DNA of 64,000 bases from Actinomycetes bacterium (GCA_021846515.1 JAJZWU010000009.1:1587-65586); one strand, 5' to 3'. Shown: positions 10,432 to 19,605, counted from the first letter of the stretch. Program-made: numbers and translations. The notes: generated by a model not told the origin, from the sequence alone.

Positions 10432-11379
10432 TTACTTACCCAGCTCGTGCGATCGCGATGTCGCGCTACGGACGGCGTCTTGAAATGCCAAACGAACTTC
10501 CCTCTCTTCTAAAACTGCCAGTCCTGCTTCCGTCGTCCCTCCAGGTGATGTCACTTGAGCTCTGAGCGCTGCCGGATCTTCTCCAGTCTCGACCCAAAGC
10601 CTGGCTGCACCCAGGATGGTATTCGATGTCAGTATCTCTGCCGTAGAGCGATCAATCCCTACCGATACACCCCCCTCAATCAACGCCTCTGCTACTAAAA
10701 ATATATAGGCGGGGCCTGATCCCGATAAGCCTGTTACCGCGTCAAGGTATTCTTCTCCAAGTCTAACGGTTACACCCACTGCGCCAAGTATTTGTTCTGC
10801 CCATAAGATATCCTCTTCTACACAGCTGCTGCTTGGGGCAAGTGCCGACACTCCGGCACCAATCAGCGCAGGGGTGTTTGGCATGGACCGAATTATAGGG
10901 ATGCCGGTTCCAAGCAGGCTCTGCAACCGATCAATCGTAATCCCCGCAGCTATCGACAGCACCCTGGATGGCAGTCGGTCAAGTGCTGCTATATCTCTAC
11001 AAGCGCTCTCTACATCGCCAGGCTTGACCGCCAGTATAACACCGTCGACAGGATCTCCCAACGAGGCTATATTGCCTACAATTGATACTCCAGCTGGTAA
11101 AAGAGCAGCTAATTCTTCCCTACGATCGGGTGTACTCTCTACTATAACCAGATGCTCCGGCGGCACAACACCCGATTTGAGCATGCCGCCAGCCAGCGCA
11201 CCACCCATTTTCCCTCCGCCCACAATACAGAGAAAAACCGGCTGATGATGATTACTCTGGCCGGCAGCCTTCACTCCGACCGAGTCATTGACATCTCTCA
11301 CAAAGCTGTCAGATCTATCATCCAGTCGATCTCCCTGCTCAGTAGCTGACACCATAGCGCTCTTTCTGGTCCTGGACAT
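10432..11379 (-). CDS. proC: Pyrroline-5-carboxylate reductase
   Basis: Rossmann motif GGGKMGGALAGG, SMPNTPALIGAG, and VTSPGGTTEAGL in the C-terminal dimerisation domain. The true start is probably downstream of 11379. Confidence 0.9.
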   Translation of the reverse strand: MSRTRKSAMVSATEQGDRLDDRSDSFVRDVNDSVGVKAAGQSNHHQPVFLCIVGGGKMGGALAGGMLKSGVVPPEHLVIVESTPDRREELAALLPAGVSIVGNIASLGDPVDGVILAVKPGDVESACRDIAALDRLPSRVLSIAAGITIDRLQSLLGTGIPIIRSMPNTPALIGAGVSALAPSSSCVEEDILWAEQILGAVGVTVRLGEEYLDAVTGLSGSGPAYIFLVAEALIEGGVSVGIDRSTAEILTSNTILGAARLWVETGEDPAALRAQVTSPGGTTEAGLAVLEEREVRLAFQDAVRSATSRSHELGK

Positions 11380-12697
11380 CCTGGCCGACAGTCACTTTAT
11401 CAAGTGTATCCATGAAATCTCTTGCAGCGGCTGCCCATGTATATCGCAGAGAGCACCAGTTGGCAACCATGCCCATGTCGCGTGACAAGTCATTTTCAGT
11501 TATCAAACGATGACATGCAGCTGCAAAATCCAAAGGAGAGTCACTTTCGATGAGAAATCCGTTACGCCCGTCATCTATTAGACTGGTCAACCCACCGACT
11601 GCACGCGCCACAACGGGAGTACCGCAGGCCATAGATTCCAATGCAACCAGCCCGAAAGACTCGGATTCACTCGGAACCAGGCATACATCTGCTGCCCGGT
11701 AATAGCTGGATAGTATCTCATGTGCAACTGGTGGTACGAACTTTACATACCTTCCAATCTCCAATCTATCTGTCAATTCGTGCAGCTCTCTGGTATAACG
11801 TATCCCATCTGTACCGCTAGGTCCACCTATCAATACCAGTCGAGCACGATGGCATCCCTTCATCGTGTGGAGTATGTTTAATACCTTTATAGCTATATGT
11901 GCCCCCTTTAGTGACTGCAGCCTACCGGCAAACAAGAGCAATGGGTCACTCTGCTCAGATTGCATAAGGCCAATGGCTCGTCTTGCTTGCATCTTATCGC
12001 CAGGCTGGAAAAAGGCATGATCTACACCGGGAGTAACTATACTTGTCTTGTCGGGGTTGGTACCATACAAATCACGAAGCTCACCAGCTTCTGTCGAGGT
12101 AGCTACAGTCAGCGCGTCTGCAGTGCGTGCTATTTCCAGTTCTGACTCTAAACGCTTGCGTGAATTATCCTTTCTTACCCTGGAAAGTGTATGGAAGGTA
12201 CAGACTAGTGGTATATCTAGAATACGGCGTAATGAGAGTCCAGCAATACCGGACAGCCAGTAATTGGCATATATTGCCTGAGGTAACCGCACATCCATCG
12301 TAAAGCTATCGGCAACCGATCTGGTAAACTCACCTACTAAGCCATAAAGCGCATCCCTGCCAACTGGCGCCGGCGGACCTGCACGGACGCAGTTGACCCG
12401 GAAGCCCGGCTCTACCTCTTGCACCCCAAGCTCCTTGGGGGAGGTCGCCCTGGTGTATACGGTACAATCCAACCTCTGACGCGCCAACGCACTACAGAGA
12501 GCTTTCACATATACACTCATACCGCCGCCATCCCCTTCCCCCGGCTGAGCCAGTGGGGAGGCGTGAAAACATAGAACTGCAATCCTGGCAACATCACCTG
12601 ATGAGCTACCCCTGGATACAAGTTGCCTACTTGTCGTTGCTTTAACCGGCATGCTGCTCAGAGGACTGAGATACTCCGTCTTCCTCGGTTCGATCAT
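11339..12697 (-). CDS. mshA: GT4 glycosyltransferase, MshA-like (D-inositol-3-phosphate glycosyltransferase candidate)
   Basis: N-terminus RIAVLCFHASPLAQPGEGDGGGMSVYV closely resembles the MshA signature (HTSPLxQPGxGDxGGMNVYV). C-terminal GT4 motif PSESESFGLVALESMACGTPVV. The start is uncertain; the Met at 12652 is also possible. Confidence 0.75.
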   Translation of the reverse strand: MIEPRKTEYLSPLSSMPVKATTSRQLVSRGSSSGDVARIAVLCFHASPLAQPGEGDGGGMSVYVKALCSALARQRLDCTVYTRATSPKELGVQEVEPGFRVNCVRAGPPAPVGRDALYGLVGEFTRSVADSFTMDVRLPQAIYANYWLSGIAGLSLRRILDIPLVCTFHTLSRVRKDNSRKRLESELEIARTADALTVATSTEAGELRDLYGTNPDKTSIVTPGVDHAFFQPGDKMQARRAIGLMQSEQSDPLLLFAGRLQSLKGAHIAIKVLNILHTMKGCHRARLVLIGGPSGTDGIRYTRELHELTDRLEIGRYVKFVPPVAHEILSSYYRAADVCLVPSESESFGLVALESMACGTPVVARAVGGLTSLIDDGRNGFLIESDSPLDFAAACHRLITENDLSRDMGMVANWCSLRYTWAAAARDFMDTLDKVTVGQDVQDQKERYGVSY

Positions 12698-13040
12698 TCT
12701 CTCGACAGAACGACAGATATATTCTGATAAGTGTCTGCTTCTGCTCCTCGCTCATAAGGTGGTCCTCCAATATAGATCGAACCAAGTCATGATCAGTCCC
12801 CTGCGGTTCCAGTATACCTGCTTGAATGTACAGTGTCTCTGCGGATATCCTCAGCGCCCGTGCTATCTGCTGGAGTATCTCGGCAGAGGGCTTACGTAGC
12901 CCACGCTCTATCTGACTCAAGTAGGGATTTGATATACCCGCTAACTCAGATAATCTGCGCAAAGACATCCTGGCTGTACTGCGCTGTTCTCTGATAAATG
13001 AACCTAGGTCATGAAACCTATCTGGCAAATCTTTGACCAT
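12642..13040 (-). CDS. XRE-family helix-turn-helix transcriptional regulator
   Basis: HTH_3 motif LRRLSELAGISNPYLSQIERGLRKPSAEILQQIARAL, a conserved actinobacterial type. Confidence 0.88.
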   Translation of the reverse strand: MVKDLPDRFHDLGSFIREQRSTARMSLRRLSELAGISNPYLSQIERGLRKPSAEILQQIARALRISAETLYIQAGILEPQGTDHDLVRSILEDHLMSEEQKQTLIRIYLSFCRENDRTEEDGVSQSSEQHAG

Positions 13041-13049
13041 AAAAGCAGT

Positions 13050-13643
13050 TTAACCGGTAACCATGCCACGTCGTTCATTAACCAAAGAATCTACGGTAAC
13101 CAGCCCATCTTTATAACGTCTGGCTATCTCACCCTCTAGGGTATCCAATATACCATGCAGCGTGCGCCTCTGGCCGGATAGGCGTGATTCTATTGCAACC
13201 AACTTTGGCAAAATGTCGGAAAGTTCTTCTGAACTTAGTTCTTGCAAACGAGCAAGCCTATCTTCACTGATAATTGCATTGAGTTCTCCCATGATGTCGC
13301 CAGCTCCAAAATCGGGCACAAAGTCAGGTGAAAACGGCTTAGGTACCCTACCTGGTCCGGGCGGTCTGGATGGACCGGAAGCCATAATAGACGTAAGCCT
13401 CTCTATTGAATATTCTTCTTGCAGTGAGTGTTCTGTACTGTTTGAAGAGCTATCCGAGCTATCGAGAATTGACCTAATCAAGTCCAAACGTCCTTCTGTC
13501 ATCCTACGACCAAATGATAGAACTACTTCTACTCGTTCACATTCGGCTCGCATCTCTCTTAACCTCTGGAGATCGACGCTAAAAATATCACTAAGATAAT
13601 CAGGGGACAATATTTTGGCAAACTCTTCCTCTACCCAACTCAT
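13050..13643 (-). CDS. RsiG-like coiled-coil protein (candidate c-di-GMP-dependent anti-sigma factor family)
   Basis: It has two helical segments with ExxxSxxRxxx(Q)xxxD-type motifs: EVVLSFGRRMTEGRLD and ESRLSGQRRTLHGILD. The N-terminal SPDYL...LREMRAECE and C-terminal RRYKDG..VDSL segments are typical of this family. Confidence 0.6.
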   Translation of the reverse strand: MSWVEEEFAKILSPDYLSDIFSVDLQRLREMRAECERVEVVLSFGRRMTEGRLDLIRSILDSSDSSSNSTEHSLQEEYSIERLTSIMASGPSRPPGPGRVPKPFSPDFVPDFGAGDIMGELNAIISEDRLARLQELSSEELSDILPKLVAIESRLSGQRRTLHGILDTLEGEIARRYKDGLVTVDSLVNERRGMVTG

Positions 13644-14011
13644 GCCGATTCCCCAATTACGTATCCCTGGATATACTCGTCAGCAGCAGGTGTCATTTTA
13701 ATGTCACTGTCAATAGGTGAAACACCATTGGTATCGGTAGTACTACATGTACTGCACAAACGAACAAGCGGGTCAGCCGCCAGTATTTCGTGCTGTATCG
13801 CTGCCCCACATAGTTCACACTTGCCGTATACGCCGTCCGATACGCGCTCCAGCGCTCCCGATATTTGAGCAAGCACCTCTGCCGTTCGTGAAATCTCCGC
13901 TTGCTCACTCATCGTGTCAAACCCTCCGGCATTGTCTTCCATGAACAAGATTATAGCCGCAATTCTGTCTAGTTGGAAAGCTGCAGAAATATTCTGCCCG
14001 GCGTAATACAC
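13640..14011 (-). CDS. TraR/DksA-family C4 zinc-finger protein
   Basis: GKCELCGAAI...RLCSTCS four-Cys motif preceded by a helical region. The stop overlaps the downstream start (ATGA-type). The true start may be an internal Met (MEDNAGG or MSEQAEI). Confidence 0.7.
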   Translation of the reverse strand: MYYAGQNISAAFQLDRIAAIILFMEDNAGGFDTMSEQAEISRTAEVLAQISGALERVSDGVYGKCELCGAAIQHEILAADPLVRLCSTCSTTDTNGVSPIDSDIKMTPAADEYIQGYVIGESA

Positions 14012-14048
14012 ATTAAGTGATTCTACGCCGTTTTACTGCAAGGAAATT

Positions 14049-14468
14049 CTATTCAATGCCCTTCCACAGTGATTGGCCTTTTTGAGATAGCCTGGTCAAC
14101 TCTTCATGATGGAGTGCGGAGAGCTTCTCAAGGATGCGATTACCCTTGGGTGACAACCGCAGCCTTACTACCCTGCGATCATCATTATCTGACTTCCTCG
14201 TAATAAGGCCGGCCTTCTCTGCTCTATCTACCAAGCCAACCGCAGAATGATGCCTCAAGAGTAAGTGCTCTGCTACATTACTGATAGAGGGGCCCTGCTG
14301 GCCTGGGTACCCCTTAATAGCCAACAGCAACTCGTGCTGAGCCGGAGTAATACCACTGCCCTTAGCTGCATGCTCGCCCCATCTAAGATAGTGCTTCAAT
14401 CCAGTCTTCAATTCCAGCAAGCGCTGGTAATCTTCATCTTTCAACTGTGTACTAGTATTATTTGCCAT
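14049..14468 (-). CDS. MarR-family transcriptional regulator
   Basis: Winged-HTH pattern: ITPAQHELLLAI...ISNVAEHLLLRHHSAVGLVDRAEKAGLITR...DDRRVVRLRLSPKG. Confidence 0.88.
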   Translation of the reverse strand: MANNTSTQLKDEDYQRLLELKTGLKHYLRWGEHAAKGSGITPAQHELLLAIKGYPGQQGPSISNVAEHLLLRHHSAVGLVDRAEKAGLITRKSDNDDRRVVRLRLSPKGNRILEKLSALHHEELTRLSQKGQSLWKGIE

Positions 14469-14574
14469 ATTATCGCTCCAAGTTAATAGTCTGATCCATT
14501 ACTGTCGTATAAAATTATAGCATACTTCACAGATAATTGTAGTCGCGAGGAATCATGCGACATTATCCAAGTAT

Positions 14575-15768
14575 TTGCTTGTCGATTTTATTCCGTATGA
14601 CCCAACAGATACAATGGTAACTACTAGTAGAATAGAGAGGTGTAATACAGTGCAATCAAGAATATGTGAGATGCTGGGAATAGAATATCCTATATTGGCT
14701 TTCAGCCATCAGCGAGACGTTGTGGCGGCCGTCAGCAAGGCAGGTGGTATGGGAGTATTGGGTGCGGTAGCACTGGGCCCTGAGGCGTTGGATGTAGAGC
14801 TGAGTTGGCTGGAGGAACAGCTTGGGGAGACACCATACGGTATTGATGTTATAGTGCCCGCCCATTACATAGGTGATGAGCAGGGAGGCTTGGAGGCAAA
14901 AGACCTGGAAGCGTTCATCCCACAAGAACAGCGTGACTTTGTGAAAGAATTACTTGATCGCTACGGTGTGCCTGAATTGCCGAAAGAACGAGAAGCGAGC
15001 AGTGGACTTCTGTCCTGGTCGGCAAAGGGAGCTGCAAGCCTGCTCGATGTGGCTTTGCAACACCGTCCACGATTGATTGCCAATGCACTTGGCTCTCCAC
15101 CTCCGGATATGATTAAAAGGGCACATGATGGCAGCTTGATCGTCGCTGCTCTGGCAGGACGTCCAGAGCACGCCATTAAACACATAAAGGCAGGAGTAGA
15201 TATAGTAGTAGCTCAGGGATATGAAGCCGGTGGTCATACCGGGGAAATAAGCACTATGGTGCTCGTACCTCAGGTAGTCGATGCTGTCTCTCCCACGCCC
15301 GTACTGGCAGCCGGAGGTATTGCAAGCGGTAGGCAGATGGCTGCCGCAATGGCACTTGGCGCAGAAGGCGTATGGACAGGGTCGGTATGGCTAACCACAG
15401 AAGAGGCTGAAACGCACCCTGTCGTCAAAGAAAAGTTCCTCGCAGCCACCTCAAGCGATACGGTCCGCTCCAGATCAATAACCGGAAAACCTGCCCGCCA
15501 GCTAAAAAGTGCCTGGAATCAGGCTTGGGACAGCCCTGACGGTCCGGGGCCCTTGGGTATGCCACTTCAAACTATGCTCGTATCGGAGGCGCAGCTGCGC
15601 ATATCCAGAGCAGCGGCCAGCTCCCCGGGAGCAAGAGACTTAATCACCTACTTTGTAGGCCAGGTGGTGGGTCAGCTGAACCAGGTAAAGCCGGCAAGGC
15701 GCGTAGTGCTTGACATGGTGGAGGAGTATGCAGATACACTGGCTCGCATGTCGGAGCAGCTCAATTAA
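14575..15768 (+). CDS. Nitronate monooxygenase / NMO-family FMN oxidoreductase
   Basis: MLGIEYPILAFSH...GGMGVLGA, then VAQGYEAGGHTGE and AAGGIASGRQ. The start codon is uncertain (TTG 14575 or a downstream Met). Confidence 0.85.
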   Translation: MLVDFIPYDPTDTMVTTSRIERCNTVQSRICEMLGIEYPILAFSHQRDVVAAVSKAGGMGVLGAVALGPEALDVELSWLEEQLGETPYGIDVIVPAHYIGDEQGGLEAKDLEAFIPQEQRDFVKELLDRYGVPELPKEREASSGLLSWSAKGAASLLDVALQHRPRLIANALGSPPPDMIKRAHDGSLIVAALAGRPEHAIKHIKAGVDIVVAQGYEAGGHTGEISTMVLVPQVVDAVSPTPVLAAGGIASGRQMAAAMALGAEGVWTGSVWLTTEEAETHPVVKEKFLAATSSDTVRSRSITGKPARQLKSAWNQAWDSPDGPGPLGMPLQTMLVSEAQLRISRAAASSPGARDLITYFVGQVVGQLNQVKPARRVVLDMVEEYADTLARMSEQLN

Positions 15769-15863
15769 GCAGATCTCTCACTATGAGAACCTCTGCCCAA
15801 GAAGTAACAACAGGTAACGCTTGCGCTCTCACCTGCCGGCGAAGCCGCTAACCTTATATGTAG

Positions 15864-16340
15864 ATGGATATCAAAGTCGAAACACAAACAAAATCAGCGT
15901 GTAATAATTTTTTTGAGGTATGGAAGGCGTTGATTAAGGTACAGAGGCTAATTGCACCTGCCCTAGAATCTGACCTTCAAGCCAGGCATGGCATAGGACT
16001 GAGTGAATACGAAGCCATGGAGGAGTTGCGTAATGCAGATGGTGGAAGAATGCGCATGAATGAACTGGCCGCCTCAGTTATGCTAACGCCGAGTGGCCTC
16101 ACGCGTCTGGTAGATAGACTGGAGGCAGATGGAATAGCTGTACGAGAATCCTGCCCGACAGACGGGCGCGGCTCACATGTGCGGATTACAGAAAAAGGCA
16201 TGTCCCTGCTTACGCGCGCGGAAGAGACCTACCGGAAAGATATCCAGAGCTATTTTGGTGAACAGTTTACCGGCGCCGCCGCAGTAATAGAAGCGTGCAA
16301 TCAAATAGTAGAGGCCACGCTATCAGGCAAGGCCGTATAG
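15864..16340 (+). CDS. MarR-family transcriptional regulator
   Basis: LSEYEAMEEL...MNELAASVMLTPSGLTRLVDRLEADGIAVR...DGRGSHVRITEKG. Confidence 0.88.
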   Translation: MDIKVETQTKSACNNFFEVWKALIKVQRLIAPALESDLQARHGIGLSEYEAMEELRNADGGRMRMNELAASVMLTPSGLTRLVDRLEADGIAVRESCPTDGRGSHVRITEKGMSLLTRAEETYRKDIQSYFGEQFTGAAAVIEACNQIVEATLSGKAV

Positions 16341-16345
16341 AAAGC

Positions 16346-16837
16346 TCAAACTATCCGGTAGGTCTGAACGGCGTGAGCCACTACGTTGCCGTCTGCATCA
16401 GTGGCAGTTATCTCCGAGAAGCTCAATTCCTTACCACGTTTGATACATTTGGCATGACAAATCAGGTCGCTCTTCTTGCATGCACCCACATATTGTATGG
16501 ACATTGCTACGGTAGATGCCCTCGTGCCTTTGTTGAAATCGTGTTTTGACCACACTGCCGCAGCTCCTGCCGTATCCATGACTGCCGCGACCACCCCACC
16601 ATGATAATAGATGCCGTCATTTGTAAGATCATAGCGAAATGGTAGACGCATTGTCGCCTCGTCGGGAATGTATCTTTCCATAGATACCCCTATGCTCTTT
16701 ATATAAGGCGTATCAAGCATGAACTTGGGTATTGCTTGACGATATGACTCCTGCTCTTCTTCGCTGATGCCCTTCTTCGCACTGTCCCTAGAATTCAGTG
16801 TCTCGTTATTATCTCCAACCATCCGTTCTCCTTCCAT
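16346..16837 (-). CDS. PaaI-family (hotdog fold) thioesterase
   Basis: The size matches, and the GGVVAAVMDTAGAAAV motif is typical of 4HBT/PaaI thioesterases. Confidence 0.8.
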   Translation of the reverse strand: MEGERMVGDNNETLNSRDSAKKGISEEEQESYRQAIPKFMLDTPYIKSIGVSMERYIPDEATMRLPFRYDLTNDGIYYHGGVVAAVMDTAGAAAVWSKHDFNKGTRASTVAMSIQYVGACKKSDLICHAKCIKRGKELSFSEITATDADGNVVAHAVQTYRIV

Positions 16838-16996
16838 CTATACCTTTCGTTATACATGTTCTCGCCCTCTACGCAAGCAACCGTTGCGCTAGTGGCAGCT
16901 AGCTGGCTAAGCGCCCTCTTGCCAATAAACAGCAGGACATAACCGCTATTTAATCCGGTGCCCAGTTAAGCTATTGCTACTATATAAGTTGCGAGA

Positions 16997-17025
16997 TTGA
17001 CCTAATTGACTAATCAGTCTATTAT
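16997..17025 (+). promoter_or_regulatory. Candidate promoter TTGACC-N17-TATTAT, ~300 nt upstream of the acyl-CoA dehydrogenase gene
   Basis: -35 at 16997-17002 and -10 at 17020-17025. It would give a ~295-nt C-depleted leader. Confidence 0.35.
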
Positions 17026-17326
17026 ATACTTACACATTGTACAAGCTCCACTCGGCGGTACGGAGAATAGGGTAAAACTGTTGCTTGGAGGCGCGATAGG
17101 AGACGGAGAAGACAGGGATGGAACTAAAAGAAGCCGTAAAGGCAGAATGAGGATATGGGGCAAGTTTGACAATAGCAAACTGCTGGAAAGAGGAAGTGGC
17201 AGACGAAGCTGAGTGGTTTGGGAGGTAGAAGGCGGATGCAGTGTGTATTGCGTTAGCAAGACAGTTGCATAAGAGGTGCGATAGAAGGTAGGAAACGGAT
17301 AATGACAATTACACAAAGGAGACAAA

Positions 17327-18580
17327 ATGCTGGGGAAGATTGAGGATACAGAGGAACAGGCTGCTTTCCGCAAAGAGTTCAGGGAATGGCTGATAGGAGA
17401 GTTGGGCAGCGCATGGATAGATGCTGTCGACCGTGGAGACGAGGATTCCTTTGAAAAAGCTAAGAACGATGCAAATTGGAACTTCCTGACATGGATGACC
17501 ACTATCGGCCGTAGTCCATATGCAGCTCCGCTATGGCCAAAAGAATACGGAGGTCTCTCTGGTGAACCCTGGATGCAACAGGTAATTAGGTCAGAATTGT
17601 CAAACTATCGCTTACCAATATTTGGGGCAAACCTGCTTGGAGTTGGCTTGGCTGGGCCAACAATAATAGAACACGGTACCGAAGAACAGAAGAAGCGTTA
17701 CCTGTCAAAGATACTGAGTGGGGAGGAAATCTGGTGCCAGCTATTTTCTGAGCCGGGCTCCGGATCAGATCTTGCATCGCTGGCCACTAGGGCGGTAAGA
17801 GATGGAGATGAGTGGGTTGTAAATGGGCAGAAGGTATGGACTACAATTGCCCAATTCGCCAAATTCGGAATGCTACTGGCAAGAACGGATCCCGACGCTC
17901 CAAAGCATGATGGCTTGACCTACTTCATACTGGACATGAAGACTCCCGGCGTAGATGTCCGCCCATTGAAACAACTTACAGGCTCCTCTGAGTTCAACGA
18001 AGTATTCTTTACAGACGTTCGGATTCCCGACGAGAACAGAGTAGGCAATGTCGGCGACGGTTGGAGATGCGCCAGAACCACTTTGATGAATGAGCGGAGC
18101 GCTCTATCGGGTATATCCCTGGATCCTGTCTCCATCTTTGGCGGCACCAGGCGTGACCCCTGGCAGACGTTTCTTGACAGCCTGCCAAATAAATCAGATC
18201 CGGTCGCCAGACAACAGATAGCCAGGATGTATATAGAATCAGAAGTCAAGGAAATTACAAACTTCCGGGCAAATGCAGCCAGAATGAGAGGCGCTCAGCC
18301 AGGACCGGAAGGTAGCGTCAATAAGGTGTTTAACGCAGAATACAACCAGCGCAAATCCTCATTTGCCATCAACGCCAATGGCATGAACGGCGTAGCATGG
18401 CTTCCCGACGATAAGGAGCCTGAAGCAAGAACTCAGACATTCTTACGAGCAAGAGCAGCTACAATTGAGGGTGGCACATCAGAGGTACTGCGCAACCAGA
18501 TGGCGGAAAGAATTCTCGGCCTCCCCAGGGATCCAGATGTAGATAAAGGAGTTCCCTGGACGGAGATAAAACGAAACTAA
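17327..18580 (+). CDS. Acyl-CoA dehydrogenase family protein
   Basis: LFSEPGSGSDLASL, VNGQKVWTT, and the C-terminal IEGGTSEVLRNQMAE. Confidence 0.9.
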   Translation: MLGKIEDTEEQAAFRKEFREWLIGELGSAWIDAVDRGDEDSFEKAKNDANWNFLTWMTTIGRSPYAAPLWPKEYGGLSGEPWMQQVIRSELSNYRLPIFGANLLGVGLAGPTIIEHGTEEQKKRYLSKILSGEEIWCQLFSEPGSGSDLASLATRAVRDGDEWVVNGQKVWTTIAQFAKFGMLLARTDPDAPKHDGLTYFILDMKTPGVDVRPLKQLTGSSEFNEVFFTDVRIPDENRVGNVGDGWRCARTTLMNERSALSGISLDPVSIFGGTRRDPWQTFLDSLPNKSDPVARQQIARMYIESEVKEITNFRANAARMRGAQPGPEGSVNKVFNAEYNQRKSSFAINANGMNGVAWLPDDKEPEARTQTFLRARAATIEGGTSEVLRNQMAERILGLPRDPDVDKGVPWTEIKRN

Positions 18581-19353
18581 CGGATGCTAATTACCTGGCT
18601 CTTCCCGGCATAATCATGCCATGCCTGCCATGAGCGGCTCCACAGGGGAGATACAGCATTAACTATTCCCGGTACTACGAAAATAAAGAATAGAACTATA
18701 AATACGAATCGTCTGACCAATGCTCTGGCAGCACCGAGCTGACCACCAGTATTGGCATCTATTGTAGCTATGCCCATTGCCATCTTTCCGACTGTCTGTC
18801 CCCTCTGGCTACCATCAAGAAGTGCAAAATATCCCAGCAAAACAACCATTTCAAATACATACACCATAAAGAAATGTGCGTCAAAAACAGGTAATCCACT
18901 CTTAGTGGTCTTCAGATTGCCGGGGAAAAGCAGGCTAATCAATATAGAACTTACGATATCTATAAGTATTATATCGATGATATACGCGACGGCTCTCCTC
19001 CACCATTGAGCCAGCGGTCGACCTAGAATATCGAGATGGGATGAACCCTGCATGGGCTGGTACGGCACCCTACCATATCCATTAAACTGGTAGCGGCCAA
19101 ACTTGCCATATCTACCCTCCTGCTGGTACCCCTGATCGCCATTATAGGGAGCAGGACTATCGCCGCCATAGGATTTACCATTGACACGCGGAGCAGGTAG
19201 AGAAGGTGCGTTACCGCCGACATCGTCACTTTCCTCATCATGCCCGCCTCTATCGCCGTAGTCGCCATTCCCCCCATCACCAGATCCCCCCGATCCATAA
19301 AACGGTGCACCTTCATAGGTAGGCTTTTGCTTCTCTTTATCGTCATCTGCCAT
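18577..19353 (-). CDS. RDD-family membrane protein with a Gly/Asp/Tyr-rich N-terminal region
   Basis: RDD-type core (WWRRAVAYIIDIILI...LLDGSQRGQTVGKMAMGI) after ~110 low-complexity residues. Confidence 0.8.
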   Translation of the reverse strand: MADDDKEKQKPTYEGAPFYGSGGSGDGGNGDYGDRGGHDEESDDVGGNAPSLPAPRVNGKSYGGDSPAPYNGDQGYQQEGRYGKFGRYQFNGYGRVPYQPMQGSSHLDILGRPLAQWWRRAVAYIIDIILIDIVSSILISLLFPGNLKTTKSGLPVFDAHFFMVYVFEMVVLLGYFALLDGSQRGQTVGKMAMGIATIDANTGGQLGAARALVRRFVFIVLFFIFVVPGIVNAVSPLWSRSWQAWHDYAGKSQVISIR

Positions 19354-19605
19354 ATATTGTTATTTTAGCAGGCTTCTGCTTGCAATAGATAACGGACGCA
19401 GGTGGGGTGGGTGAACAGCCATTGGTGGCGGTTTGGATGTGAGCAACGGATGCAGGCGGACAGAAGGGATGTGGGCGGACAGGAAGCACAGATGACAGAG
19501 GGGGTTTACGGCAGTAGGATAGGTATAGACGACAGAAGGTACGGAAATTATGGAACCATGCCCGGCTGAATGGCGCTATAGCCAAATTTCGGTCATTATA
19601 TATAT

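Noticed and set aside
17006-17502. ORFs 17006..17212(+), 17014..17502(-) and 17030..17308(-) in the large gap upstream of the acyl-CoA dehydrogenase gene.
   Set aside because: Their products are low-complexity (S/L/P-rich on the minus strand, G/R/E/K on the plus strand), dictated by the C-depleted composition. There is no Shine-Dalgarno or promoter logic, and one overlaps the real ACAD start. I treated the region as non-coding.
18577-18580. Convergent acyl-CoA dehydrogenase and RDD genes overlap by 4 nt through shared stop codons (CTAA: TAA on plus, TAG on minus).
   Set aside because: The overlap is real, but it is a common consequence of compact genomes. No functional inference is warranted.
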